Of a stretch of DNA of 64,000 nt, positions 22,864 to 32,383 are shown piece by piece. A program made the translations under genes and the position numbers. The stretch covers positions 195,277 to 259,276 of the forward strand of contig JAKLFA010000001.1 of the NCBI GenBank assembly GCA_022711395.1. The letters run 5' to 3'. Position 1 is the first letter of the stretch, and the number at the start of each line of letters is the position of its first letter. The DNA comes from Candidatus Omnitrophota bacterium (lineage in GTDB: Bacteria > Omnitrophota > Gorgyraeia > Zapsychrales > JANLHA01). The notes beneath the pieces were generated by a model. That model was not told the origin of the DNA. It did no database searches and saw nothing but the letters and a program-made list of their open reading frames with translations.

Positions 22864-23409
22864 GTGGTCCCACGATTATTAGAGAAATATAAGACAGAGA
22901 TCGTTCCAAAACTCACGGAAAAATTTGACATTAAGAATGTCATGGCCATGCCGCGGCTGGAGAAGATCGTGATCAATATGGGCGTTGGTGAGGCGATCCA
23001 TGATATCAAGATCCTTGAAAGCGCTATGGCGGATTTGGCTGCTATTACGGGCCAGAAGCCGTTGATCAGGAGATCCCGTATCGCGATTTCAAATTTCAAG
23101 CTTCGCGCCGGCCTTCCTATTGGCTGTAAAGTCACGTTGCGCGCGGCCAAAATGTATGAATTTTTGGACCGTCTTGTCAATGTGTGCCTTCCTCGCATCC
23201 GTGATTTTAACGGCGTTTCCAGGAAATCATTTGACCGTTTCGGCAACTATTCAATGGGCATCTCAGAGCAGGCGATTTTTCCTGAGATCGATTCAGGTCG
23301 CATTACCCGGGTTCAGGGGATGGACATTACGTTTGTTTTCAACAATAAGCCTCAAGAACAGACCATGGAATTGTTGAGTCTGTTAGGCATGCCTTTTCGC
23401 AAGGCGTAA
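22864..23409 (+). CDS. rplE: 50S ribosomal protein L5
   Basis: L5 sequence. GTG start. Confidence 0.93.
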   Translation: MVPRLLEKYKTEIVPKLTEKFDIKNVMAMPRLEKIVINMGVGEAIHDIKILESAMADLAAITGQKPLIRRSRIAISNFKLRAGLPIGCKVTLRAAKMYEFLDRLVNVCLPRIRDFNGVSRKSFDRFGNYSMGISEQAIFPEIDSGRITRVQGMDITFVFNNKPQEQTMELLSLLGMPFRKA

Positions 23410-23439
23410 AAGTTTTTAAGAAGGGACGTTAGAAGTCTT

Positions 23440-23625
23440 ATGGCCAGAAAAGCAATGATCTTGAAATCGCAACGTAAGCCGAAATTTTCAGCTCGGCAAT
23501 ACAATCGTTGCAAGCTTTGCGGGCGCCCGAGAGGATATCTGCGCCGGTTTGGTTTGTGCCGTATTTGTTTCCGTGAGTTGGCATGGAAGGGAGAGATCCC
23601 GGGAATCCGAAAGGCCAGCTGGTAA
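23440..23625 (+). CDS. rpsN: 30S ribosomal protein S14 type Z (zinc-binding, 61 aa)
   Basis: C-x2-C ... C-x2-C zinc ribbon. Short type-Z length. Confidence 0.93.
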   Translation: MARKAMILKSQRKPKFSARQYNRCKLCGRPRGYLRRFGLCRICFRELAWKGEIPGIRKASW

Positions 23626-23665
23626 GTATCCATTTAAAAGAAACCGATGGAGCAGAGGAAAAGCA

Positions 23666-24061
23666 ATGTCGTTAAGTGATCCAATTTCAAACATGTTAAC
23701 CAATATCCGGAACGCCATTCAGGTGAAAAAGGAAACAGTGGATATCCCCGCATCGAAAATGATCGGACATATTCTCGAAATCTTTAAGGCGGATGGTTAC
23801 ATTGAAGATTTCCGGTTATTGAAGAACAATGTTCAGGGAACGTACCGTGTATATCTGAAATATGATAATAAGAAACCGGTCATCATGGGTTTAAAACGTG
23901 TTTCAAGACCAGGGCTGCGCGTTTACGCCTCTGGGGATAAATTGCCACGCGTTTTAAATGGTTTGGGCACCGCGGTCATCTCGACCTCAAAGGGGGTCTT
24001 GGCGGACCGGGATGCTCGTAAACAAAAAATCGGCGGCGAAGTCGTTTGCCATATCTGGTAG
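23666..24061 (+). CDS. rpsH: 30S ribosomal protein S8
   Basis: S8 sequence from the internal ATG (MSLSDPISNMLT). The ORF-track start at 23549 is an upstream extension that overlaps rpsN. Confidence 0.93.
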   Translation: MSLSDPISNMLTNIRNAIQVKKETVDIPASKMIGHILEIFKADGYIEDFRLLKNNVQGTYRVYLKYDNKKPVIMGLKRVSRPGLRVYASGDKLPRVLNGLGTAVISTSKGVLADRDARKQKIGGEVVCHIW

Positions 24062-24071
24062 GAAATGAATT

Positions 24072-24611
24072 ATGTCTAGAGTAGGAAAAATTCCAGTTAA
24101 AGTTCCTAAGAATGTCAAAGTATCCATTCAGAACAATACGGTCCTGATGGAAGGCGCCAAAGGCAAGATCACATTGGATCTTCCTTATGGGATCAAGGTT
24201 GAGCAGAAAGATGATGAGCTGATGGTTGCCCGTCTTTCAGATGTCAAGCAGGCGCGGGCCAATCACGGAACGGTGCGTGCGCACTTGAAGAATATGATCG
24301 CTGGTGTTCTTGAAGGCCACAAAAAAGAGCTCGAGATCCAGGGTGTTGGTTTCAGGGCCCAGATGCAGGGCAAGAAGGTGGTTTTTAACCTGGGATTCAG
24401 CCATCCGGTCGAGTTTGAGCAGCCGGAGGGGGTAAAAATTTCTGTTCCCAGCCAGACGTCGATCATCATTGAAGGTGTGGATAAGGCTGCTGTCGGTCAG
24501 GTCGCGGCAAAGATCCGTGATATCAAACCGCCGGAACCATATAAAGGCAAAGGGATCCGTTATATCGGAGAGAAAGTTAGACGAAAACAAGGAAAGTCTG
24601 TAGGTAAATAA
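24072..24611 (+). CDS. rplF: 50S ribosomal protein L6
   Basis: L6 sequence. Confidence 0.95.
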   Translation: MSRVGKIPVKVPKNVKVSIQNNTVLMEGAKGKITLDLPYGIKVEQKDDELMVARLSDVKQARANHGTVRAHLKNMIAGVLEGHKKELEIQGVGFRAQMQGKKVVFNLGFSHPVEFEQPEGVKISVPSQTSIIIEGVDKAAVGQVAAKIRDIKPPEPYKGKGIRYIGEKVRRKQGKSVGK

Positions 24612-24616
24612 GGCGT

Positions 24617-24985
24617 ATGAGAACTCAAAACGATAGAGAAGTAAAACGGCTTGCTAAACATGAGCGCATTCGTAAACGCACCACTGGGACCGTTGAACGC
24701 CCCAGGCTGTGCGTTCATCGGAGCCTGAAGAATTTTTATGCCCAAGTGATCGATGACACGACTGGAAAAGTGATTTTCGGTTTGTCAACGCGCAATAAGG
24801 ATGTTGCTTCTTCCTTGAATGGGTGCGGAAATATTGCCGCGGCGGCCCGTTTGGGAAAGATATTTGCTGAACAGGCGAAGACAAAAGGCGTTTCCAAGGT
24901 TTGTTTTGACCGCGGGGGGTATAAGTATCATGGCCGCGTGAAGGCTTTTGCGGATGCAGCCCGTGAGGGTGGATTAGATTTCTAA
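24617..24985 (+). CDS. rplR: 50S ribosomal protein L18
   Basis: L18 sequence. Confidence 0.93.
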   Translation: MRTQNDREVKRLAKHERIRKRTTGTVERPRLCVHRSLKNFYAQVIDDTTGKVIFGLSTRNKDVASSLNGCGNIAAAARLGKIFAEQAKTKGVSKVCFDRGGYKYHGRVKAFADAAREGGLDF

Positions 24986-25014
24986 CAGTCAATTTAAACG
25001 GAGTACAATGTTCC

Positions 25015-25659
25015 ATGGGAAATGAAGAAAATAAAATTCCGTCGGATGAGGCCCAGACGAAGTCCTTAGAGCCTGAAAAACAGGGTGGAGATGCTGCTCG
25101 CGCACAGAAACCTGTTAAGAGGAGTGGCGGGTTTCGCGGTGGGAAGTCACGACGGAATACTGAGGAAGGCGCAGAGCCGGAAGGTGATTCTGCGGATGCA
25201 AAAAAACCGCTTAAGGTGGAGACGGAGTATATTGAGAAGGTTTTGAGCATCAAGCGCGTTACGAAAGTCACCAAGGGTGGCAAAAAACTTTCCTTCAGCG
25301 CTTTGGTGGTCGTTGGAGATGGTCAGGGCCGCGTTGGATACAGCATGGACAAGGCGGGAGAGGTCGCTACAGCGATTCGAAAGGCCATGAACAGCGCTAA
25401 AAAGCAAATGGTCAAGATCCCGTTGAAAGGGACTACGATTCCTCATGAGATTATTGGGGCTTGGGGCGGAGCTCGGGTTCTTTTAAAGCCTGCCGCAGAG
25501 GGTACCGGTGTTATCGCTGCGGGTCCTGTTCGCGCGGTTTGTGACGGGGCAGGTATTCGTAATATTCTGACAAAATGTCATCGTTCAAATAACCCGAATA
25601 ATGTGGTCAAAGCCACCATGGATGGGTTAACTCGTTTGAAGACCGTTAATAAGGTATAG
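25015..25659 (+). CDS. rpsE: 30S ribosomal protein S5 with a ~50-aa charged N-terminal extension
   Basis: S5 dsRBD and C-terminal domains begin around residue 55. The N-terminus is low-complexity (K/E/G/A-rich). Confidence 0.9.
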   Translation: MGNEENKIPSDEAQTKSLEPEKQGGDAARAQKPVKRSGGFRGGKSRRNTEEGAEPEGDSADAKKPLKVETEYIEKVLSIKRVTKVTKGGKKLSFSALVVVGDGQGRVGYSMDKAGEVATAIRKAMNSAKKQMVKIPLKGTTIPHEIIGAWGGARVLLKPAAEGTGVIAAGPVRAVCDGAGIRNILTKCHRSNNPNNVVKATMDGLTRLKTVNKV

Positions 25660-25665
25660 GATTTT

Positions 25666-26142
25666 ATGCAAGTTCATAATTTGAAAGCTTCAGAAGGAGC
25701 AAGAAAAACCAAACGGATTGTTGGGCGCGGTGAATCATCCGGCCGCGGCAAAACCTGTGGGCGCGGGCATAAGGGGCAGAAGGCCCGTGCGGGCAGGGGG
25801 ATTTTGGGGGGTTCAGAAGGAGGGCAAATGGCGTTGATCCGCCGGTTGCCTAAATTCGGTTTTAGAAGCCATCGGCCTGTTGTGTATCAATGGGTCAAGG
25901 TCGGCGACCTGAACCGTTTTAAGAAAAACGAAGTTGTAGACGCGAAGGCTTTAAGGGAAGCCGGTTTGATCCATAATATTTATAAGCCTTTCAAGATTCT
26001 TGGTAATGGAGAATTGAAGGTGGCTTTGGAAGTCAAGGCGACCAGTTTCTCAAAAACAGCCAAAGAGAAGATTGAACAGGCTGGCGGAAAAACGGCTATT
26101 TTTGATAAAACCACCCTTAAAAAACAACTCGCTGAAAAATAA
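25666..26142 (+). CDS. rplO: 50S ribosomal protein L15
   Basis: L15 sequence. It follows rpsE after only 6 nt, so there is no room for rpmD. Confidence 0.93.
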   Translation: MQVHNLKASEGARKTKRIVGRGESSGRGKTCGRGHKGQKARAGRGILGGSEGGQMALIRRLPKFGFRSHRPVVYQWVKVGDLNRFKKNEVVDAKALREAGLIHNIYKPFKILGNGELKVALEVKATSFSKTAKEKIEQAGGKTAIFDKTTLKKQLAEK

Positions 26143-26149
26143 TTAACTT

Positions 26150-27493
26150 ATGCTTTCAGCTTTTGCAAATTGTTTTAGAGTCCCGGATCTTAAAAAGAAG
26201 ATCCTGATCACGTTGGGGATTATAGCCCTCTACCGCGTAGGGTGCTTTATTCCGACGCCCGGAGTTAACGGTTCAGTTCTCACACAGTATTTTGAGAGCA
26301 TGAGCTCAGGCAAAGGTGGGACGCTCTTTGGCATGATGAACATGTTTTCTGGTGGTTCGATCCAGCGCATGACCGTTTTTGCTCTGGGCATTATGCCATA
26401 TATTTCCAGTTCGATCATTTTACAGTTGCTGACGGCGATCATTCCCGCGCTTGAAAAGCTGGCAAAAGAGGGGCAGGCGGGTTATCACAAGATCAATCAG
26501 TATACCCGTTATGGGACCTTAGGGTTGGCATTCCTGCAGTCTTTTTTTATCGCGTTATGGCTGGAGAAGCAGGTCATTGAGGGGATGGCTGTTGTTAACA
26601 GCCCGGGATGGGGTTTCCGTTTGGTAACGGTGGCGACCCTGGCTTGCGGGACGATCCTTTTGATGTGGCTGGGTGAGCAGATTCAGGAACGCGGGATCGG
26701 AAATGGAATTTCTTTGATCATTACAGCGGGTATTATTTCATCCGCACCGGCGGCTGCGCAGATGTTGGCGAAATTGATGTCAGCTCAGACGGTCGGAGCG
26801 GATAAATTGCAGCCCTTTGAACTGGCCATGATGACAGCCTTTTTGTTTGCGGTTATCCTTGCGATCACGTTAATCACCCAGGCGCAACGGAAGATCCCTG
26901 TTCAATATGCGAGGCGTATTGTCGGCAGAAAAGTTTACGGCGGGCAGAGCACATATATTCCTTTAAAGGTAGACACATCCGGCGTTATTGCCATCATTTT
27001 TGCGCAATCAATTCTGCTTTTTCCGGCGACCCTTGCCAATTTTATTCCTTCGCAGGGATTCCAGACCTTTGCGGCAGCTATTACGAGAGGTAATTGGCTG
27101 TATTATTCGATCTATTCGTTGTTGATCATTTTCTTTTGTTATTTTTATACTGCCATCGTTTTCAATCCGATCGATGTGGCGAATAACATGAAGAAACACG
27201 GCGGTTTCATCCCTGGTGTCCGCCCCGGAAATCAGACAGCGGATTTTCTGGACTTTGTTTTGACCAGGATCACATTGGCCGGAGCGATTTTTATCTGTAT
27301 TATCGCGGTCATGCCGGACTGGATCATGGCATCGTTCGATGTGCCTTATTTAGTGGCGTCATTTTTCGGGGGGACGGGAGTTCTCATCACGGTCGGTGTT
27401 ATGCTGGATACGATGAAACAGATCGAATCACACCTTTTGATGCGCCACTATGATGGATTTATGAAATCTGGACAACTGAAAGGCCGACGATGA
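26150..27493 (+). CDS. secY: Preprotein translocase subunit SecY
   Basis: 10-TM SecY sequence. Confidence 0.95.
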   Translation: MLSAFANCFRVPDLKKKILITLGIIALYRVGCFIPTPGVNGSVLTQYFESMSSGKGGTLFGMMNMFSGGSIQRMTVFALGIMPYISSSIILQLLTAIIPALEKLAKEGQAGYHKINQYTRYGTLGLAFLQSFFIALWLEKQVIEGMAVVNSPGWGFRLVTVATLACGTILLMWLGEQIQERGIGNGISLIITAGIISSAPAAAQMLAKLMSAQTVGADKLQPFELAMMTAFLFAVILAITLITQAQRKIPVQYARRIVGRKVYGGQSTYIPLKVDTSGVIAIIFAQSILLFPATLANFIPSQGFQTFAAAITRGNWLYYSIYSLLIIFFCYFYTAIVFNPIDVANNMKKHGGFIPGVRPGNQTADFLDFVLTRITLAGAIFICIIAVMPDWIMASFDVPYLVASFFGGTGVLITVGVMLDTMKQIESHLLMRHYDGFMKSGQLKGRR

Positions 27494-28143
27494 GGATCGT
27501 GCTTTTAGGGCCGCCCGGAGCCGGAAAAGGGACCTTGGCTGGTTTGATCAAAGAAGAGTATGGCGTTTTGCATGTTTCGACGGGAGATATTTTAAGGGCA
27601 GAGATGAAGAGCGGCTCGGACCTTGGCAATGAAATGAAGAAATATGTTGAGTCCGGCGCCCTTGTTCCGGATGAGGTGGTCACCAGGATCGTGGCCAAAA
27701 AGTTGAAAGAGTTGGACCTGACGCAAGGGATCATGTTTGACGGTTTTCCGCGCACAAAGCAGCAGGCACAGGATTTGGATAGGATTTTGAAGGAATTGGG
27801 ATTTCCGATTGAGGCAACGCTGTTCATGGAGGTCGATCTTCCGGTCATTATTCAGCGTTTGACGGGCAGGAGAGTTTGTAAAGATTGTGGCGCGGTATAT
27901 CATTTGACAAACATGCCGTCTAAAAAGGCCGGCGTGTGCGATAGTTGCGGTGGGCAGCTTTATCAACGGGCGGACGACAATGAAGAGACTATCCGTAACC
28001 GGATGGATGTTTATATGAGCAACACGGCTCCGGTCATTGATTATTATGAGGATCAGGGGAAGCTCAGACGGGTTGATGCATCACAAAAAACAGAGACGGT
28101 CGTAAAGGCACTGAGTGATATTTTAGAGAATTCAAATGGGTAA
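27490..28143 (+). CDS. adk: Adenylate kinase (zinc-lid type)
   Basis: P-loop GPPGAGKGT. Lid domain with C-x2-C ... C-x2-C. ATGA overlap with the secY stop. Confidence 0.95.
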   Translation: MRIVLLGPPGAGKGTLAGLIKEEYGVLHVSTGDILRAEMKSGSDLGNEMKKYVESGALVPDEVVTRIVAKKLKELDLTQGIMFDGFPRTKQQAQDLDRILKELGFPIEATLFMEVDLPVIIQRLTGRRVCKDCGAVYHLTNMPSKKAGVCDSCGGQLYQRADDNEETIRNRMDVYMSNTAPVIDYYEDQGKLRRVDASQKTETVVKALSDILENSNG

Positions 28144-28885
28144 TATCATCCTGAAAACGCCGGACGAGATCAAGATCATGAGAAAGGCCGGCGGGATATT
28201 GTCCAAGATTTTAAAGAAGGTTGCCGCTTCAGTTGCGGACGGGATCACGACCCGGGATATTGATCTTTTGACAGAAAGTTTGATCGTTCAGCAGGGGTGC
28301 CGTGCGGCATTCAAAGGCTATCGCGGATTTCCCGGTTCGGCTTGTGTATCGGTGAACCAGGAAGTTGTTCACGGTATTCCAGGAAACAGGAAGATCAAAA
28401 ACGGCGATATTGTCAGTATCGATGTCGGCTTGATCTACCAGGGATATTATGCGGATACAGCAACGACTGTTGCTGTAGGGCCTGTGAGTGAGCAAACAAA
28501 AAGGCTGGTTGAAGTGACCCGGGAGTCCTTGCATGCGGGCATTATACAGGCAAGGGCTGGTCAGCATCTCTCAGATATTTCCCATGCTGTTCAGAAGCAT
28601 GTCGAACATCATGGATTTTCAGTGGTTCGTGATTTTGTCGGCCATGGGATCGGGGCCACACTTCATGAGGAACCTGAAATACCGAACTATGGTCCGCCAC
28701 ACACGGGGCCCATTCTGCGAGAAGGAATGGTGTTCTGCATTGAGCCCATGGTGAATATGGGATCGTGGCAGACAAAGATCATGGATGATGGGTGGACCGT
28801 TGAGACAGAAGATGGGAAGCCTTCTGCTCATTTTGAGCACATGATCGCGGTTACGGCTGGAGGGCCGGACATCTTAACAGAGTGA
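28136..28885 (+). CDS. map: Methionine aminopeptidase type I
   Basis: M24A sequence with metal ligands (D, D, H, E, E). Confidence 0.93.
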   Translation: MGNIILKTPDEIKIMRKAGGILSKILKKVAASVADGITTRDIDLLTESLIVQQGCRAAFKGYRGFPGSACVSVNQEVVHGIPGNRKIKNGDIVSIDVGLIYQGYYADTATTVAVGPVSEQTKRLVEVTRESLHAGIIQARAGQHLSDISHAVQKHVEHHGFSVVRDFVGHGIGATLHEEPEIPNYGPPHTGPILREGMVFCIEPMVNMGSWQTKIMDDGWTVETEDGKPSAHFEHMIAVTAGGPDILTE

Positions 28886-28888
28886 CCT

Positions 28889-29110
28889 ATGGCAAAAGAA
28901 GAACTGATAGAGGTTGATGGGACGGTCGTGGATGCCTTACCGAACGCACGATTTAAGGTGCAGCTGGAAAATGGGCATGAAGTTCTTGCCCATATTTCAG
29001 GGAAGATCAGAATGAATTTTATCCGGATCCTGCCGGGGGATAAGGTGAAAGTGCAATTGTCGCCTTATGATCTATCAAAAGGGCGTATAACATACAGGGA
29101 TAAGAAATGA
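28889..29110 (+). CDS. infA: Translation initiation factor IF-1
   Basis: S1-like OB-fold IF-1 sequence. Confidence 0.95.
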   Translation: MAKEELIEVDGTVVDALPNARFKVQLENGHEVLAHISGKIRMNFIRILPGDKVKVQLSPYDLSKGRITYRDKK

Positions 29111-29220
29111 AAGTTAAGTCATCAGTCAAAAGAATTTGTGGGAAATGCAAGATTGTGCGGCGCAATAATGTCGTGCGGGTCATTTGTGAGAACCCCAAAC
29201 ATAAGCAGCGCCAAGGTTAA
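29107..29220 (+). CDS. rpmJ: 50S ribosomal protein L36 (37 aa, not in the ORF track)
   Basis: [37 protein letters not shown] with a C-x2-C ... C ... H zinc ribbon. ATGA overlap with the infA stop. Confidence 0.88.
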   Translation: MKVKSSVKRICGKCKIVRRNNVVRVICENPKHKQRQG

Positions 29221-29259
29221 TTCTGTGTCCAACATTGTGTACGATCTAAGGAACGAAAA

Positions 29260-29643
29260 ATGCCAAGAATTTTAGGTGTGGATATCCCGCGGGAAAAACG
29301 AGTTGATGCGGCGTTGCCGTATTTATACGGGGTCGGTCGCGTGAATGCGCGTAATATCCTGAAGGAAGCGAATATTGAAGCCAGTAAAAGGGCGAAGGAT
29401 CTGACGGATGAAGAGGTCGCGCGCATCACGGCTATTATTCAGAGCAATTATATAACGGAAGGCGATCTGCGACGCGAAGTCTCGGAGAACATCAAGAGGC
29501 TTATGGACGTCGGTGTTTATCGCGGTCTTCGTCATCGAAAAGGACTGCCGGCCCGCGGTCAACGGACCAAAACCAATGCCCGTACTCGGAAAGGGCGTAA
29601 AAGCATGGTCAGTAATATTATTAAGAAAAAGGCTAATGAATAA
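29260..29643 (+). CDS. rpsM: 30S ribosomal protein S13
   Basis: S13 sequence. Confidence 0.95.
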   Translation: MPRILGVDIPREKRVDAALPYLYGVGRVNARNILKEANIEASKRAKDLTDEEVARITAIIQSNYITEGDLRREVSENIKRLMDVGVYRGLRHRKGLPARGQRTKTNARTRKGRKSMVSNIIKKKANE

Positions 29644-29659
29644 TTAAAGGATCTGATAT

Positions 29660-30070
29660 ATGGTCGTTAAAAAAGCTCCGGCAACTGGAAAAGAAAAAAA
29701 AGCAAAAAAGAAGTCATTGAAGGGCGCGACTTCGGGACAGGTCCATATCAAGGCGACCTTTAATAACACATTGATCTCGATCACTGATAGAGAGGGTAAT
29801 GTGATCTCGTGGTCGTCCCCGGGCAGCGTGGGATTCAGCGGTTCAAAGAAATCGACCCCGTTCGCGGCTCAGGTTGCCGCCAGCGCGGCCGCCCGTGAGG
29901 CAAAGGACTTGGGTTTACAAAGTGTCGATGTTTATGTCAAGGGGCCGGGATCGGGACGTGAGTCAGCTATTCGCGCGATCCAGGCGGCTGGGCTTAACGT
30001 GACATCAATCCGTGATATTACACCAATTCCGCACAACGGGTGCCGGGCTAGGAAAAAACGCAGAGTTTAA
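29660..30070 (+). CDS. rpsK: 30S ribosomal protein S11
   Basis: S11 sequence. Confidence 0.95.
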   Translation: MVVKKAPATGKEKKAKKKSLKGATSGQVHIKATFNNTLISITDREGNVISWSSPGSVGFSGSKKSTPFAAQVAASAAAREAKDLGLQSVDVYVKGPGSGRESAIRAIQAAGLNVTSIRDITPIPHNGCRARKKRRV

Positions 30071-30104
30071 GATCTTGAATGTGATTGGAGAAAGGATTTT
30101 ATAG

Positions 30105-30725
30105 ATGGCAAGATATACAGGACCAAGATGGCGATTATCCAGACGAGAAGGGGTAGAGCTCTTTTCGGCGAAGCGAAACGCTTTAGAACGCAGGGATTAT
30201 GCGCCGGGTCAGCATGGCAGCAAGCGTGCGAAGCTGTCAGATTACGGGATCCAGCTTAGGGAAAAACAGAAGGTTAAACGTCTGTATGGTGTTCTTGAAC
30301 GTCAATTCCGCCGTTACTATGAAAAAGCGACAGGTTCGACGGGTGTCACAGGTACGGTTCTTTTGCAACTGCTTGAAAGAAGGCTGGACAACGTGATTTA
30401 CCGTTTAGGGTTTGCCACGACTCGTCCTCAGGCACGTCAGATCGTCAACCACGGTCTTGTCTGTGTTAATGATAAACGGGTTGATATTCCTTCCTTTCTA
30501 GTGAAAGTCGGCGATGAGGTCTCGATCAAGCCGAAAGAGAACATCAAAAAGTATGTTCAGACGAATATTGAGATGAACAAGCAGTATCAGGGACGGGAAG
30601 CCGTTCCGGCATGGGTTAATGTTGATGTTCAGCATTTGAAAGGGAAAGTGCTGCGTCTTCCTGAACGGGAAGACATCACGTTCCCGATCAATGAAAAGTT
30701 GATTATCGAGCTTTATTCGAAATAA
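30105..30725 (+). CDS. rpsD: 30S ribosomal protein S4
   Basis: S4 sequence. Confidence 0.95.
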   Translation: MARYTGPRWRLSRREGVELFSAKRNALERRDYAPGQHGSKRAKLSDYGIQLREKQKVKRLYGVLERQFRRYYEKATGSTGVTGTVLLQLLERRLDNVIYRLGFATTRPQARQIVNHGLVCVNDKRVDIPSFLVKVGDEVSIKPKENIKKYVQTNIEMNKQYQGREAVPAWVNVDVQHLKGKVLRLPEREDITFPINEKLIIELYSK

Positions 30726-30760
30726 GAGTGTTTTCACACTAATTTAATCAGGAGGAACTT

Positions 30761-31750
30761 ATGGGAGTCAAATGGCGCGATTTCCAAATGCCCAAAAGGC
30801 TGGATTGCGATGAATCAAGTTATACGAGTTATTATGGAAAATTTATCGCAGAACCATTTGAACGGGGCTATGGTGTAACGCTCGGCAACTCGTTGAGGCG
30901 CATACTCCTTTCGTCCATCGAAGGGGCGTCGATTACCTCGATCAAGATCGAGGGGGTTCAGCATGAGTTTTCCACGATGCCCGGAGTTCTGGAGGCGGTA
31001 ACGGATATCGTCCTGAATATTAAAGGCGTGGTTCTGCGTTCGCATTCCAAGGTTCCGAAAACTGTTTATATCAAAGCGGACTCGAAGGGCCAAGTGAAGG
31101 CGAAGGATATCATTTGCGATGAGACGATCGAGATTATCAATCCGGATCATCATATCGCCACATTGACACAGGACATCTCTTTTCATGTTGAGATGGAAGT
31201 TTCCCGCGGGCGTGGATATGTTCCGGCGGACCAGAATAAGAAACCGGAAGCCCCGTTAGGGACAATCGCGATCGATTCGATCTTCACGCCGATCGTTAAG
31301 GTGAATTTTTTTGTCGAGGATACCCGCGTCGGCCAGCGCACGGACTATGACCGGTTGGTCCTGGAGATCTGGACCAACGGCGCCATTGAGCCAAAAGAAG
31401 CATTGCTTTATGGGGCGAATATTCTGCAGCGCCATCTGGATGTTTTTGTTTCTTATGGTCAGCTTCCTGAGGAGGAAGAGGAAGAGGAAGAAATCTCGGC
31501 TGAAGAAGAAACAATGTATGAAAAATTGCGTCTGCCGATCTCTGAGTTGGAACTCTCCGTTCGCAGTGCGAACTGCCTGAAGGAAGCCAACATTCAGACG
31601 ATTGCAGAGCTTGTGAAATATCAGGAAAGTGAACTTTTGAATTTCCGGAATTTCGGAAAGAAGTCATTGACCGAGATCAACGATCTTTTAAAAGTTATGG
31701 GTTTGACCCTGGGCATGAAAGTGGACCAGAAAAAGTTAAAACGCAAGTAG
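30761..31750 (+). CDS. rpoA: DNA-directed RNA polymerase subunit alpha (poly-Glu run in the inter-domain linker)
   Basis: Alpha NTD and CTD sequences. The linker contains EEEEEEEEISAEEE (about 31469-31510). Confidence 0.95.
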   Translation: MGVKWRDFQMPKRLDCDESSYTSYYGKFIAEPFERGYGVTLGNSLRRILLSSIEGASITSIKIEGVQHEFSTMPGVLEAVTDIVLNIKGVVLRSHSKVPKTVYIKADSKGQVKAKDIICDETIEIINPDHHIATLTQDISFHVEMEVSRGRGYVPADQNKKPEAPLGTIAIDSIFTPIVKVNFFVEDTRVGQRTDYDRLVLEIWTNGAIEPKEALLYGANILQRHLDVFVSYGQLPEEEEEEEEISAEEETMYEKLRLPISELELSVRSANCLKEANIQTIAELVKYQESELLNFRNFGKKSLTEINDLLKVMGLTLGMKVDQKKLKRK

Positions 31751-31781
31751 ATATTATCCATTCAAGTTAAAGGTTATAGCC

Positions 31782-32348
31782 ATGAGACATGGAATCGCAG
31801 GGAATCGTTTAGGACGTAATTCAGGATGGCGCAAAGCCACTGTTCGGGATATCGCCAAGGCCACTTTAATCCGAAAGCGGATCACGACGACCGAAGCTAA
31901 GGCCAAAGAGGCCCGCAAGCTTGTCGATCGTCTGATCACGTTAGGGAAAAAAGGCACTTTGGCGCACAAGCGGAGAGCTTTTGCTGTCCTTTGTGATCAT
32001 AAGCTTGTGAGCGACCTGTTTGACAAGATCGCTCCGCGGTTCAGCACGAGGAACGGCGGATATACCCGGATCATAAAACTTGCCACAGCACGTCGGGGTG
32101 ATAATGCCAAGCTTGTCTTTTTGGAATTGACTGAACGGGATTCTTTACAGGAAGAACCAAAAGTCAAGAAGGCAGCACAAAAAAAGGCAAAGAAAACCGA
32201 TGCTGCGAAGGCTGCGGAATTGTCTGAAACAGCGGCTAAAGCAGAAGACGCTGGTTCAGTGAAAAAATCCGCAGAATCCCCCAAAAAGGAAAAGAAGCCT
32301 GCAAAGCGGGGGATCGGCATCTTTAAGAAGAAAAAATCCGAAGAATAG
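31782..32348 (+). CDS. rplQ: 50S ribosomal protein L17 with a ~70-aa Lys/Ala-rich C-terminal tail
   Basis: L17 core of about 118 aa, followed by a histone-H1-like K/A/E low-complexity extension. Confidence 0.92.
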   Translation: MRHGIAGNRLGRNSGWRKATVRDIAKATLIRKRITTTEAKAKEARKLVDRLITLGKKGTLAHKRRAFAVLCDHKLVSDLFDKIAPRFSTRNGGYTRIIKLATARRGDNAKLVFLELTERDSLQEEPKVKKAAQKKAKKTDAAKAAELSETAAKAEDAGSVKKSAESPKKEKKPAKRGIGIFKKKKSEE

Positions 32349-32383
32349 TTTTTGTGCGTTTCCAAGAACGGGAGGGACCCTTG

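Noticed and set aside
23549-23665. N-terminal 39-aa extension of the S8 ORF
   Set aside because: It overlaps rpsN in another frame. S8 homology begins at the internal ATG at 23666.
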